From the NCBI RefSeq assembly GCF_009834535.1, contig NC_045697.1, positions 115,942,001-116,006,000 on the forward strand: a stretch of 64,000 nucleotides of DNA. The letters are read 5' to 3'. A model generated the notes under the pieces. That model made no database searches, had not been told where the DNA came from, and was given only the letters and a program-made list of their open reading frames with translations. Positions 1 through 12,382 of the stretch are shown here, one piece after another (position 1 is the stretch's first letter; the number at the start of each line of letters is the position of its first letter). Position numbers and translations under genes: made by a program. Origin of the DNA: Camelus ferus. Lineage: Eukaryota.

Positions 1-200
1 GTCCTGCCTTTAAGGAAAATGGGAGAGTCTGGGAAAGAAGCAGCTTTGGGGGAGGAGAAATCAAAAGTTCAGTTCTGAACATGCTCATTTGAAAGTTCCA
101 ATTCTCAGTATTCAAGCAGAGACTCAGGCAGGGAATTGGATACATCAATCTGAAAATCACGGCAGAAGTCAGAGGTCAAGAAGACCAGACCCAGGAGTCC
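1..200 (-). mobile_element. Ancient LINE-2 fragment
   Basis: Purine-rich stretch 'ggaggagaaatcaaaagttcagttctgaacatg...gaattggataca' resembles the reverse complement of L2. Confidence 0.5.
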
Positions 201-1787
201 CATCTTGAGGACAACGTCTGTCCCCTATCCTAATTTTAAGACAGCTGATTATCCATTAGATATAGTCAGCTGGAACAGTGAGCTAGATCTTACAGCCTAA
301 CTATATATGTTGTCAAATGCAGGGATGAATATTTTGATTGAAACCGGTTCACCATTTGGGCATGGAAGACTGATGTCAAGGAATCCCGGTGGAAGGAGGC
401 ACTTTTCGCCATCAACACCGAGCCAGTGTGAGTGTGCCCAGAATGAGGAAAAGCCAGCAGCTGGAACCCCAAATTGCCCCACAGCAAGCGCGGCTGTTTC
501 CCTTCTGCTGTGTATTTCAAGGGTTTCCAGCAGCTTTCAAAACCGTTTAAGAGCCGGGGCAGCCAGCAGCCTCCCGGATCACTGCCAACGGCTGAGCGTT
601 CTGTTAGAACCAAGCACCCAGGAAGACTGGGCGAAAGCATCTCTATCTGTATTCTGCGCCTCCAGCACAATGTTTCCTTATGGAAATGCACGGCTCAACT
701 TGAGAATATAAGTTTTGTTTGGAAAGATAAGAGCAAGTCAAGTTTGGCACTCCGAGGAAGTGACTTTTAAACAGCTAGGCACCAAAGCACTGTGGACGGT
801 GCACGTCAGACTCCAGAACCCAGGGCACTGCATTCATGATGCGGTTACAGCCTCCGTCTCTTTCCATTTGTCAGCCTTTCTTGGAGCCAAACCCTCAATG
901 CCACCTGCTTTGTGGTTTAAGCTGTCTTTCTGCAAGAATGTCCTAGCCTAAAGTCCTGTGACCATGTCACCGAGAGAGCTCTCTCAGGCTGGATGGGCAC
1001 AGCAGCGTCACTGGGGGATTGGTAGCTTCACTTGGAGTTTTGCAGCACTGATATTCATGTTTATTGTCCGTTCCTTACAGCACCCCTGAGAGGTCAGTGA
1101 GCACTGTTATCCTCAGCATCCAGTGAGGCAGAACAACACACTTGGAATTAGGAAAAGAGGCTGAATTGGGGCTGTTAGCATGCTGTGTAGTCCAGAGACA
1201 CACACTCTCATTGCGAGCAATGCATCAGCAGGAGTCCTGGGGTCCAGACTCAAAGCGAAAGGGAAGATCTCACCAGTATGTTTCCCCAAGCGATCCCTTC
1301 CCACATACGGGGCCAGAGTGGGAACCCTCGCGGTGGTACCCACAGCATCACAACAGGTGTAAGGGGCGGCCACACTCCCCTCCCCAACGTCCGTCCTCAC
1401 CCTCATCCCTTCCCCACACACGCCAGAGACAAAGCCCAGACCCCTACTCTGCAAACCTCCCTCCTTCCCCAACACTCAGACGCACATCGTCACCCATGAC
1501 CAATAACTACAGCACATCTCTAGTTTAGAAACTGTTTCTATTACGTGTCTTTGGAAACTCTCAACAATTTTGGTTTCTTCTCACTTAATTTCTTCCCCTC
1601 CACGCATATGGCAAGTTGTGCTTTTTGAGGCATGTTTTTCCCCTAAGAGACTTTATATTCCCTAAGCTCTTGAATAATGTCAATAGAACTTATTACCAAG
1701 CAAGCGCACTCATTCAAGTAGGATTAGAACTGTTATGATTTAACAAGAAGACAACCTCACAGGGCAGCTCTATTTTCATCCTAAGGG

Positions 1788-2150
1788 CATGGATTTCAGA
1801 ACTAAAGAGACATGAGTTCAAATCTTTCTCCCTCACTTAAATCGGCTCTGTGACTTTGACGAAATCACTGACCCCCATGGTGGCCTCATTCATAGATCTG
1901 GACCATATAATAGAACTTACGGGGTGATCATGAGAAAATAATAATATATGATATACAGAGAGCTTGACACATATGAGGCGCATAATGTATGAAAATAATT
2001 GCGATTTTTAGTAAGTTTCTTGGGTTCTATGAATTTCATTCTCTTAATGAAGCCAAAGTCAAGAGAATAGTGAGGATTAAATGAGGTAATATATGTAAAG
2101 CCCCGCACAGTCATAACACAGGGCAGATAGGCAGGCAATAAACATTATTT
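1788..2150 (+). mobile_element. MIR SINE fragments
   Basis: 'gagttcaaatc...ctctgtgactttgac' core and 'gtgaggattaaatgaggtaatatatgtaaagc' tail. Confidence 0.65.
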
Positions 2151-2179
2151 CTCCTCCCAAGGGAAGGGATTGTCTGCAC

Positions 2180-2670
2180 TGTGAACAAAAAATACTGCAA
2201 GCCACATCAGTAAACAAAGAATGCTGAAGCCATCAAGTCATCAGCAGCTGCCGCCACCCCCCAGTGAGGACAAGCCTGCAGCCCAGCCTCTGCAGCCACT
2301 CACAATGGTGCATCCTGAGGGGACTCAGAATAAGAAAGGACAGGATACTGGCCCTAGATGGCTAGGTGCTTGTCAAAGGAATGAATTCAATGAGCCCAAA
2401 TGTTTGCTCCCTCCTATACATAGAAAAGCACTAAATTCTTTAACGTGAGATGTCTGATTTTCTTTAGCTAACAAGTAATCTTTTAATGTTCCAAGTACCT
2501 GGTCGTAAAGCTCCTATATATCCTGGCTTCTCCCTACCTCTTCAGAGCAGTCCCTCAGAGCAATCTGAGAGGCTGTCACCCCGGGCTTGAAGGGGTTCGA
2601 GTCCTCAGAAATGTCTGCCAAATAAAGCATAAGTCTCAACTTCTAGGCTGTGCATTTATTTCAGCCGACA
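2180..2670 (+). mobile_element. Solo ERV LTR (class I-like, 4-bp TSD)
   Basis: TG...CA termini, TSD gcac at 2176-2179 and 2671-2674, TATA-like tatata at 2515, AATAAA at 2621. Confidence 0.85.
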
Positions 2671-2812
2671 GCACCAACATAATTTTATTTTACAGGTGAG
2701 GAAACTAAGGTTTATTCTCAATGATCCGCTGGAGCAAGTTGGCATCAAGGATGTCCCCTGCTCTGCTTCATCGCCTCAAGTCCCTTATCCAAAAGGCACC
2801 ATACACTCCCAG

Positions 2813-3328
2813 TTATACAGGAAAATGGGACCTGAGGAGGGCCGTGTCCCAGGTCTCAGTTGAGTCCCAGGGGTGCGCCCCGCCAAGTGAGGGTCCTTGG
2901 TTTCATGCAGGAAAGAAATCAAGAGTGAGTCATAGTGGAGCAAAGGTAGATTTATTCAGAGAGGCACACACTCCATAGACAGAGTGCGGGCCCCCTCAAA
3001 AGGCATGAGAGAGACCTCGAGGTGTGGGTTTGTTATATTTTAGGGGCTCAGTAACTTCATATGCTAACAAGTGGGAGGATTATTCCGACTACTTTGGGGA
3101 AGGGGCTGGGACTCCCAGGAATGGGGCCATTGCCCACTTTTTAACCTTTGATGGTCAGCCTTGCAACTGTCCTGGCACCTGTGGGAGGACCATTTAGCAC
3201 CTCTTGTCTTTCACTGAGAAGATACTGAAGCTCAAGGTCCACTGGGAGTTGAACCTCCTGCCCTCTTGATGCTAATGGCTGCGTCGTTCTTTCAATGATT
3301 GTGCCCTGCCCCCTTCCCTCCTGTCTCA
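2813..3328 (-). mobile_element. Solo ERV1-type LTR
   Basis: Minus strand begins TGAGACAGG; AATAAA on minus (tttatt ~2951); flanked by ccag at 2809-2812 and 3329-3332. Confidence 0.75.
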
Positions 3329-3564
3329 CCAGGAGATATGTACTATTTAAAAAAAAAAAAAGAAAGAAAAGGAAAGTGGATTTTACATACGGGTGTAACT
3401 GAGATGGAGCAGGCTAGCTGAGGCCAGACCACGGTGGGGAAAAGCTCTGGGTTTTGCTGTGATTTCTATGTGTCATTGCATCATCTTGGCCTGCCACACT
3501 TCCATTCCTGTAACCTCAAGTGATTTTCAGCCAAAAATCCACTGGGCACACAGGCTTCTCTGTC

Positions 3565-3592
3565 CCTCCCTCTCCGTCCTCTCACTCTCCTT

Positions 3593-3623
<31 letters not shown>

Positions 3624-3657
3624 TATATACATGGAACACACACACAGAGAGAGACAG
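3565..3657. repeat. (CT)n(CA)n compound microsatellite
   Basis: Directly visible. Confidence 0.9.
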
Positions 3658-4564
3658 AATACAGCTCAGTGCCTCTTGGCATAGATTTTGGTTCAGCTTC
3701 ATTAGGCCAACCATCTGGGTCATTTCAATTGCGTTTCTAGTCCCGAAATGATTGCAGCGTCTGCATCAGCCCATCCCGCAATCCCACCTCTCTGACCCCC
3801 TCCCCACACCAGCTCCCTAAGCCCAAAACTTAGTAAAGGAAATAAAATTCATGTTTTTGGAAGATGGGAAAATTTTCCTTTAATCCACCTGGGGTCAGAC
3901 GGTCAGAGCTGCAGAGTTAATCTCCACGTTGGTCAGAGCAAATGAAAGCCCTTCTGTCGCAGAATCATTACTGAGAGCTGTGTACCCTCTCCCCGCCCCT
4001 GCCTCTGATCTCCCTAAACTCTGTGATGTGACTAAGCTCATCACTGGGACAGCAGCCAGCAAATGAAATGTGACTCTGTAATTTCATCTGCAACCCTCCA
4101 AATTGTACTGGAATGGCTGCTAGGGCCTTTGGCCTCTTCTTAACTGCTGGACTTTATTTATGCCAAAGGAAACGATTATAGTTTAGGTTAAAATCATCAC
4201 TTGCAGGCCCTAAGAATCCCCAAGCTTGCAGAGGGTAAGCACCTAATGTATATAGAAATATAATTGCTGGAAAACATTGTCTATGAAGTCTCTCTACTAC
4301 TGAGTTTTTTTTTTAAGTGTAAGATTTTACAGGTTGCAGAAAATAAAGACAAGTATTAGTCTTCAAATGAATTAGTCTGGTCGTAACAAATTCACTAGCC
4401 AATGACTTCATCGGCCCGTGGCCAAGTAAGAGCTGTCTTTAAAGATTTAAGAAAACAGCTATCTTGAAGATAAATGACATCAGAAGTAGCAAGCTTTCTT
4501 CTGTTGGTTTTGTTTGCTAGACTGGATTTCTTAACTATCTCTGCTTCTCCTTGCTACCTAATTT

Positions 4565-4880
4565 CTTCATTTATCCAGCCAATATGTATTAATTTCTTTT
4601 TTTGATATTTATTACCACCTGCTAAAAAGTAAGGATAAAACGGTGAACAAGCCAGACACGACCCCTGCCCTGATCGAGCTTATGGGCAAGGAGAAGATGC
4701 AGAACAGTAAAGGAGAGTTTACCATACAGTGAAGTAGCCACGTGGCAGTGGACACGAGGTGTTACGGAGACGCTTAGGAAGAACAGCCAACCCAGACTTG
4801 GGACGTTGTGAAAACGCATCAGGGGAAGCAGCTTTCAGATAAAACCTGACTGATGGAGAAGAGCGGAGCAGACAGGCCTG
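4565..4880 (-). mobile_element. L2 3' fragment
   Basis: 'ttcatttatccagccaatatgtatt' followed by an 'acaagccagacacgacccctgccct' L2-like stretch. Confidence 0.55.
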
Positions 4881-4881
4881 G

Positions 4882-5225
4882 TGTCTGAATCTGCTCGGGC
4901 TATCACAGAACACCAGAGGACGGGTGACTGAAATAGGAAACATTTCCCACAGCCCTGGAGGCCAGAAGTCCAAGGTCAGGGTCCAGTGAGGGCCGTCTTC
5001 CTGCTGTGTCCTCACAGGGCCTCTATGGTGGGTGCACAGAGGAAGAGGGTGGTCTCACGTCTACTCCTCTTTTATAAAAGCATGACTCCCTTCATGAAGA
5101 CCCTACTCTCATGAACTATCTAACCCCAATGACCTCCCAAAAGCCCCGCCTCCAAATACCATCACCTCGGGGGCTAGGGTTTCAAGATGTTGATTTGAAG
5201 CAACACAAACATTCAGTCCACAGCA
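4882..5225 (-). mobile_element. MaLR solo LTR (MLT1A-like)
   Basis: 'ctggaggccagaagtccaaggtcagggt' and terminal 'aacattcagtccacagca'. Confidence 0.8.
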
Positions 5226-5485
5226 GTTGGGAAATATGTATTCAGAGCAGCGAAAACACAGGATGCTCAAAAGTCAAGAGGCCGGAGAGATCAAGGCTCA
5301 TTCTCTCGGAATTAACCGAGATTTTGTACAGCTGAATTTTAAAGTGTGAGAGAAAAGGAAGTGGAAAGAAGCTTGGACAGTAAAAAGGACGGGAGGAATA
5401 TGGGGTTTATCCTAAGATCAAAGGTCTGCATCCTTAAAGTGGAGAAATGCCATAATTAGATTTGAGGGGTAAAAACATCCTGTTA

Positions 5486-6195
5486 ATATAATTTGGTGCA
5501 GTCATGATGGAAAACGGTATGGAGATTCCTTAAAAAACTGAAAACAGAGTTACCATATGATCCAATATTCCCACTCCTGGGCATGTATCCAGAGGAAACT
5601 CTAATTTGAAAAAATACATGCACTCCAATGTTCACAGCAGCACTATTTACAATAGCCAAGACATGGAAACAACCTAAATGTCCATCGACAGATGACTGGA
5701 TAAAGCAGCTGTGGTATATTTACACAATGGAATACTACTCAGCCATAAAAAAGACTAAAATAATGTCATTTGCAGCAACAAGGATGAACCTGGAGATTGT
5801 CATTCTAAGTGAAGTAATCCAGAAAGAAAAAGAAAAATATCATATGATATCACTTACATGTGGAATCTAAAAGAAAAAAAAAAGACAAATGAACTTATTT
5901 ACAAAACAGAAACAGACTCACAGACATAGAAAACACACTTATGGTTACCAGGAGGGGAAAGGAGGGAAAGGGATAAATTAGGAGTTTGGGACTAACAGAT
6001 ACAAACTACTGTATATAAAATAGATAAACATCAAGGACCTACTATATAGCACAGGGGACCATATTCAATATCTTGTAGTAACCCATAATGGAAAAGAATG
6101 TATGTGTGTGTGTGTGTGTATACATCTGAATCACTATGCTGTACACCAGAAACTAACACAACACTGGAAATCAGCTATACTTCAATTTAAAAAAG
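5486..6195 (+). mobile_element. 5'-truncated L1 (ORF2 C-terminus + 3'UTR)
   Basis: ORF 5628-5870 [20 protein letters not shown]... is the L1 ORF2 end; 3'UTR ends ctatacttcaatt plus A tail. Confidence 0.95.
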
Positions 6196-6940
6196 AATCA
6201 CTATCCTGTTAGCTGGGTGGGAACATGCTGGGAACGGTGAATTCGTGTACACAAGTCCAGAGTTGGAGAGCTGGCAGAACTGAGGACTGACAAAGATTAC
6301 TTTTTGCTTTGATGTGCTCAAAAGATACACTGTCAACAAAGGACATCTGAGGTTGTTAGGCTCTGAAATGTTCAGTGAGTCTCCCATCTCTTCATTGTAA
6401 ATGTCCCTGGTTGGTGGCATGGTTGTCAGCTATCTGTCCACAGGAAGGTCCTGCCAGGCCTTGGGATGTACCACACAAAGGTTTACCAAACTTCAAATTT
6501 CCCAATCACAACTACCTTCTACTGTAGCAGAATTAACTTTTTAAAAAAACATTAACAAACTCTGTTACCCAGATTTAGCATCTGCATTCGAAGTAGAATT
6601 CCTGAAAGAACCACCTGAACATCCTGAAAAATTGCCTCACAAATCATATAGTCATGATCAGGAGCTCAGGCATCACACGGGGTAACGCACTGCAGCTCTG
6701 AAGTAAGCTGTGCTCAGCACCTGCTCTATAATGTATGGGAGGCTCTGAGCAGAGCAGTTTGGACCGGAGCCCATCACTAATGTGGAGACCAGTCCCAAGG
6801 CTGCCGAAGTGAGGGTGTGCTCTCAACTCACGCAGCGGTGATAGGAATAAAACTGGAAAAAGCTGACAGATTCAAGAGATATTTGCCAGACAGAACTTGG
6901 CTAATAACCTGCGTATAGGGGAAGACAGATTTCTAGGAAA

Positions 6941-8050
6941 TATTTTTTGATTTATTTTTTATAGAAGTATGACTGATTTCCAGTGTTGTGTTACTTTGAG
7001 GGGTACAGCATAGTGATCCAGTTACACACACATAGATTCTTCTTTATATTCTTTTTCATTATAGGTTGTTACAAGCTATTGAAAATATTTCCCTGTGCTA
7101 TAGAGTAGGTCTTCGTTGTTTATCTATTTTATATACAGTAGTTTGTAGCTGCTAATCCCAAACTCCTAATTTATCCTTCCCCCCCGTTTACCCTTCAGTA
7201 ACGTTAAGTTTGTTTTCTGTGTCTGTGTTTCCAAGTCTTGGCTATTATAAATAGTGCTGCTATGAACACTGAGGTGCATGTATCTTTTCAAATTAAAGTC
7301 TCCTCTGGACATATGCCCAGGAGTGGGATTGCTGGATCATAGGGTTAGTCTATTTTTAGTTTTTTAAGGAACCTCCATACTGTTTTCCATAGTGGCTGCA
7401 CCAAACTACATTCCCACCAACAGTGTAGGCAGGTTTCCTTTTCTCAACACCCTCTCTAATATTTATCATTTGTAGACATTTTAATGATGGCCACTCTGAT
7501 CGTGTGAGGTTATACCTTATTGTAGTTTTGATTTGCATTTCTCTAATAATTTGCGATGTTGAGCATCTTTTCATGTGCCTGTTGGCCATCTAGATGTTTT
7601 CTTTGCAGAAATGTCTATTTAGGTCTTCTGCCTGTTTTTTGATTGGGTAGCTTGAGTTTTTTTTTTATATTGAGCTGTATGAGCTACTTGTATATTCTTG
7701 AAGTTAAACCTTTGTCAGGTGCATTGTTTGCAGATATTTTTCTCCCAGTCCAAAGGTTGTCTTTTTGTTGTGTTTAGGGTCTCCTTTGCTGTGCAAAAGC
7801 TTGTAAGCTTAATTAGATCCCATTTGTTTATTTTTGCTTTTATCTCTATTGCCTTCGGAGACTGACCTAGAAAAAAATATTGCTATGATTTATGTCAGAG
7901 AATGTTTAGCCTATTCTGTTCTGGGAGATTTATGGTGTCCTGTCTTATGTTAATTCTTCAAGACATTCTGAGTTTATTTTTGTATATAGTGTGAGGGAGT
8001 GTTCTAACTTCGTTGGTTTACATTCGACTGTCCAGTTTTCCCAATACCCA
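6941..8050 (-). mobile_element. 5'-truncated L1 with internal deletion
   Basis: ORF 7356-7589 [22 protein letters not shown] is L1 ORF2; 3'UTR lies at the left end. Confidence 0.93.
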
Positions 8051-8062
8051 CCTCCAACACCC

Positions 8063-8215
8063 TGTGACATATAACACTGTATTAGTTTCAGGTGTACAAT
8101 ATAATGATTTGATACCTGTATACAATACAGAATGATCGCCACAATAAGTCTAGTAAACATCCATCACCACATAGAGTTAGAAATCTCTTTTTTGTTGTGA
8201 TAAGACCCTTAAACA
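8063..8215 (-). mobile_element. Older L1 3' end fragment
   Basis: 'tgacatataacactgtattagtttcaggtgtacaatataatgatt' is typical of a reverse-complemented L1 terminus. Confidence 0.7.
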
Positions 8216-8799
8216 TCTTTTTCAAGAACTTTTAGGAAGCTTTTCTTTTCATCAAGACTTGGCTATCAATGAAATCAGCTAAAATCTCACAGTCTCTCTT
8301 GTGTTTTTGAAAGATGTTCATTAATTCCAAAGTCTGTCAATGTCCTCAGTAGCACAACATTTCCCCAGTGAAGAAAATAAACCCAACATGGCAGGTGGGG
8401 AGCAACGTAAGGGAGGAAGGGACGTCCTTTTCCCTCACCCTCTGCAACTTTCAGCTCCTGCTTTGCTTCTGGAGCCTCCCATCCTCTGACCACCCAGGGT
8501 CTGTCACTCACCTGGGGGCCCCGAGCTGATCCCCAGCCTTCCCGTCTTAGAGAATCCTGGACTCCAGTGTTTCTCACACGTGTTCAAAGTCAACTCTCTC
8601 TTCAGCCAGCTGCCGGGTGGGAAGGGGGGCTCCCATCAGTTCCAAGGCTGATAACACTTTATCCTTGTACCATAATTTAAGTTCATCACTGGCTAATGAC
8701 AGAGTCACTTTTATCTGAACTTATGTTTTGCTTCTCTGAAAAGTTACGTAATTGAGTAGATCAGACCAGACGTCAGAAATTCACAGCCCTTCGGGGGCT

Positions 8800-9120
8800 G
8801 AGCACGTACCACGGATGAGTGAAGCAAACAAGGTGTTGGGTGGTGGGGACTGCTGGTTTCCTCCGGGACTCAGCCAGTTCCTGCCTGCATACAGCTTTAA
8901 TAAACTGTTGTTTTGTAGACTCAGCGTTGCCCGATCTTCCAAATCTTTTCAAAAGGATTTGGAAATGCAGATTTGTTTTATGTATTGATACAATTTCAAA
9001 AAATTTGGCAAAGCAACTCATTCAAATGTTTAAAATTTGTGAGCCAGCACTATGTAGGCCAAACAAAACATATCTGCTGGCTGAATTTGGCCAGCAAACG
9101 AGCATTTGGCTCCCCCTGGG
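8800..9120. mobile_element. hAT-Charlie DNA transposon relic (MER102-like)
   Basis: 'gttgcccgatcttcc...ggaaatgcagatt...ggccaaacaaaacatatctgctggctgaatttggcc'. Confidence 0.55.
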
Positions 9121-9569
9121 TTAGATAATCCCCGAGGCTTTATTCTGGCTGTTTAACTGTGTGGGGGGAAAATCTAAGATGTCTTCACCTTCAGAATATA
9201 ATCTCCGAAATTGTAGAATTCTAGACTCCAGGGCAGGCGAGAGGGAAACATATTTGTGCCTTCAGGTTGCTCTGAGTGTCCTTCAAATCTTAGCAAATAA
9301 GTACTTCGTCAATGTACATGGTTCTACCTCATTTTTGCTGACCTTATAACACAGTAAGGTTTGAAGCTGCCCAACGTGGTGAAAGATGAAAGGGGTAATT
9401 TCTCAGAATAAATTGCTGCTTTTCTCTTGACCCAAATTGAAACAGAGTTGAGCCACATTAGAATTAATATCATCAGGGTAATGTTATGTTAAAACATTGT
9501 GCAAATAGGTTTTTTTTCCAGTTATGAAACTTCAAAATAACCATAAAGGAGTTTGTTTTTTTCTTTTTT

Positions 9570-9800
9570 AATACCAACCATTTGTTATTTCTTCTTGTCC
9601 TCTGGATTAGCTGGTCTAGCATGGCTAATCTCTGTGGTCAGCAGGTGGCTGGCCGAGGCGGGATGGTCCAAGGTGGCCTCATTCTCGCGTCTTGGGCAGA
9701 CAGGCTGTTTGTCTGGTCTAAGAAGCCTCAGCTGGAGGGCTTGCCTCTGCTCCACACAATCTCTCATCCTCCGGGAGGCCCCCTGTCAGGTTCTTTCCCA
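9570..9800 (-). mobile_element. Old MLT LTR fragment
   Basis: 'ctgtggtcagcaggtggctggc...ggatggtccaaggtggcctca'. Confidence 0.5.
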
Positions 9801-11679
9801 GGCCTCAGGGCTTGAGAAGAATAAAGAGAAGACAGACAAGCCAATGGTGCATCCATGTTACACCCTCAGATCTTGCTAGGATTTGCATTTGTAACTTCTG
9901 AGCTCCTGCAGAGTTCCTTCTAGGTCTCTGACTCCGTCATGTTTGATAACGTCCCATTGGCCTGGACCTCAGCCCTATTCTATCTCCGCTCCACACATCT
10001 TCCCTCCCTCCCCAGGCTTGACAACGACACAAATGGCCTTCCCGAGCCATCTCAGGTTCTGTGCAATTTTGTGAGACTATCACGGCTGAAGAACAGCATG
10101 TCTCTTTTTTTTTCTTGGTATGAGGGGGCCTTGGCAAGGGGGCCTTTTCTCTAGATTTCAGGTGAACACATTTGGTTTGGATGCCCCCTCAGCTTACCTT
10201 AGGTTCTGACCATCTCAGAGACAGTCTTATCTGAGACTCAAAGAGAGGCAGCACTGGATCCCTTTTGAGATATTCAGGACCCACCTGGTTCCAGCCCTTC
10301 TGATCCTTCTCTTTTGACCTTCTCACCTCAGGAAGGTCCTTTCCTTTATCAGCAGGAAAATTTTCTTAAATCCTATTCTCTGTTCTCCTCTGCTCTGTGC
10401 ATTCAGTGCTAGAATGACTCCATGCACCGGCTCAATATCTTTAGATTCAAGTCCTGAAGAAGGTCTCATTCACCTTGGGTCAGCATGAGGTCTGAAGGTC
10501 AAGCTCAGAGGTTCAATTTTAGGACCACTCAGGGGGTGAGACAGGAAGTCTCCATGAAAGCTCTCTCTTCAGTAGAGGTTATCCCATAACAGGAAAGAAT
10601 TAAGTGGTCATTTCCAAAATAAGCTAATCATTGCTTCTATCTTGGCATACATTCAAATGGAGTTTAACCACATTAAAAATTAATGTCATCTGGGCACAAC
10701 TGTGTGCAAATAGATTGTGTCCACTTACGAAATTCAAGAATGAAAAGATAATGCCAGGTGGTTTTTTAATGCCTATAAAATGACACTAATAACTTTGAAT
10801 TGACATCTTATGCAGCCTTAGTTCAGACTGTTTGCACATAATACCCGGAGTCCCTTAGCACGAAAACAGAGGTATTAACTCATGCATGACATGCTACTTC
10901 ATTCTGTTTTCCAGCTTGCTCAAAACACTCTCTTAGGTCAGCTGACTAGTTGATTGGTTTTTTGTTTTTTTAATTATACTTGCGAATTGCTCCTAAGGAG
11001 GCAATGGCTTTAGCATGTTATTTGTAACGTCTATACGACTAAAGTTATTTGAATACGAGTTTTTATAGAAGTTTAGAAATAACTGACCAGGAATTCAGTG
11101 TTCAATTCTTAAACTGTGGGTTAACAGAGCAGTAATGTTATCACTGCAACCAAGCCTGGTGTGTTCACCACGTTTTGTAAAGCACCATTAGCACGGATGC
11201 TGTAAGAAAAGTCAGTAAATGTTTTGGAGGTTGAATCTACCATTCATCTCCTGTTACCACTGAGCCTCATATTTACAAAACATTTTTTGCCTTTTGTTAC
11301 ATACCATTTCTAAGCTATTTTTCATCATAGCACTGTGAATTATTTTTCTGGTAGTAAGGACCCAAGGCAAAAACGTCATTTCCGGGAAGTAAAGAGAAAA
11401 TAAGAAGCAGGAGGAGAAAAGAAGGGCAATTTGAGGGATTTTCAGAAAAAAGAAAAAAATCCATAGCAGTCAATAGAAACATAGCATCTTAAAAGCAGAA
11501 AGGACAGGCCTGCTGTATGCTGGCTTCACTCCACTCAGGACCACGGGGAGGAATTTGCTTCACACGGACAAATGAGGTTCATTCAAATGGAGGAAGGATT
11601 GAAAATGATTCCATGTTTTCAAAAATAACATAAAAACCTCTGAGTGATCTTACCACATTTAACAGAGAGAAGACTCAGG

Positions 11680-11995
11680 TGTGATGGTTAATTTCATGTA
11701 TCAAATTGACCTGCCCCAGGGGGTACCCAGGTCGTTGGTAAAACATTGTTTCTAGGTATGTCTGTGAACATGACTCCAGAGAGATTAGCGTTGGGATCAG
11801 TAGACTGGGGACAGTACCATCCCCACCAATGCTGGTGGGCAACACGTCATCCCTGGAAGCCCTGAATGGAAGAAAACGGAGCAGAAAGCGTCAGTTAGCT
11901 CTCTCAGACCTCGGTCTTCCCCTGCCCTGGGACATCGACCCTCAGACGCCAAGCAGAGTTGAATTTTAATTTCCTTTGTCTCCTCCAGCCTTATA
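11680..11995 (+). mobile_element. MLT2-type (ERVL) LTR, partial
   Basis: Starts 'tgtgatggttaatttcatgtatcaaattgac', the characteristic MLT2 5' end. Confidence 0.8.
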
Positions 11996-12317
11996 CGTAC
12001 AAACAGATGTATAGTCAAACCTGAGATTTACTGTCAAACACATCTGGTAGACCTGGTCTGCACTGCGGCTCTCTGGGAAGCTCCGTTTTGCCATCTTTAA
12101 AATGGGGCCCCTTTGAGGGTCTCAGACACACACGTGTTCTGTGAGCACCCAGGGCGGAGCTTAACCCAGCACTTCCTCGGTCACTTTATGACTAATCCAG
12201 TCTCTTGGAAACCCTTTCAGAGGATGATTCAGGAATCCAAAGACAAGGAATTAAGGAGGACGCACCTTTTTTATGGCAGACACTGAAGAGAAAGAGAGTA
12301 GTTGCAAGAATAGAAGA

Positions 12318-12382
12318 CTATACTTCAATTTAAAAAAAAAAAAAAGAGAAAAAGAAAAAAGTAAAAAAATCTGACTTAAAAA
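12318..12382 (+). mobile_element. Extremely truncated L1 terminus with A-rich tail
   Basis: ctatacttcaatt plus A tract; TSD aagaatagaaga (12306-12317) / aagaacagaaga (12383-12394). Confidence 0.7.
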
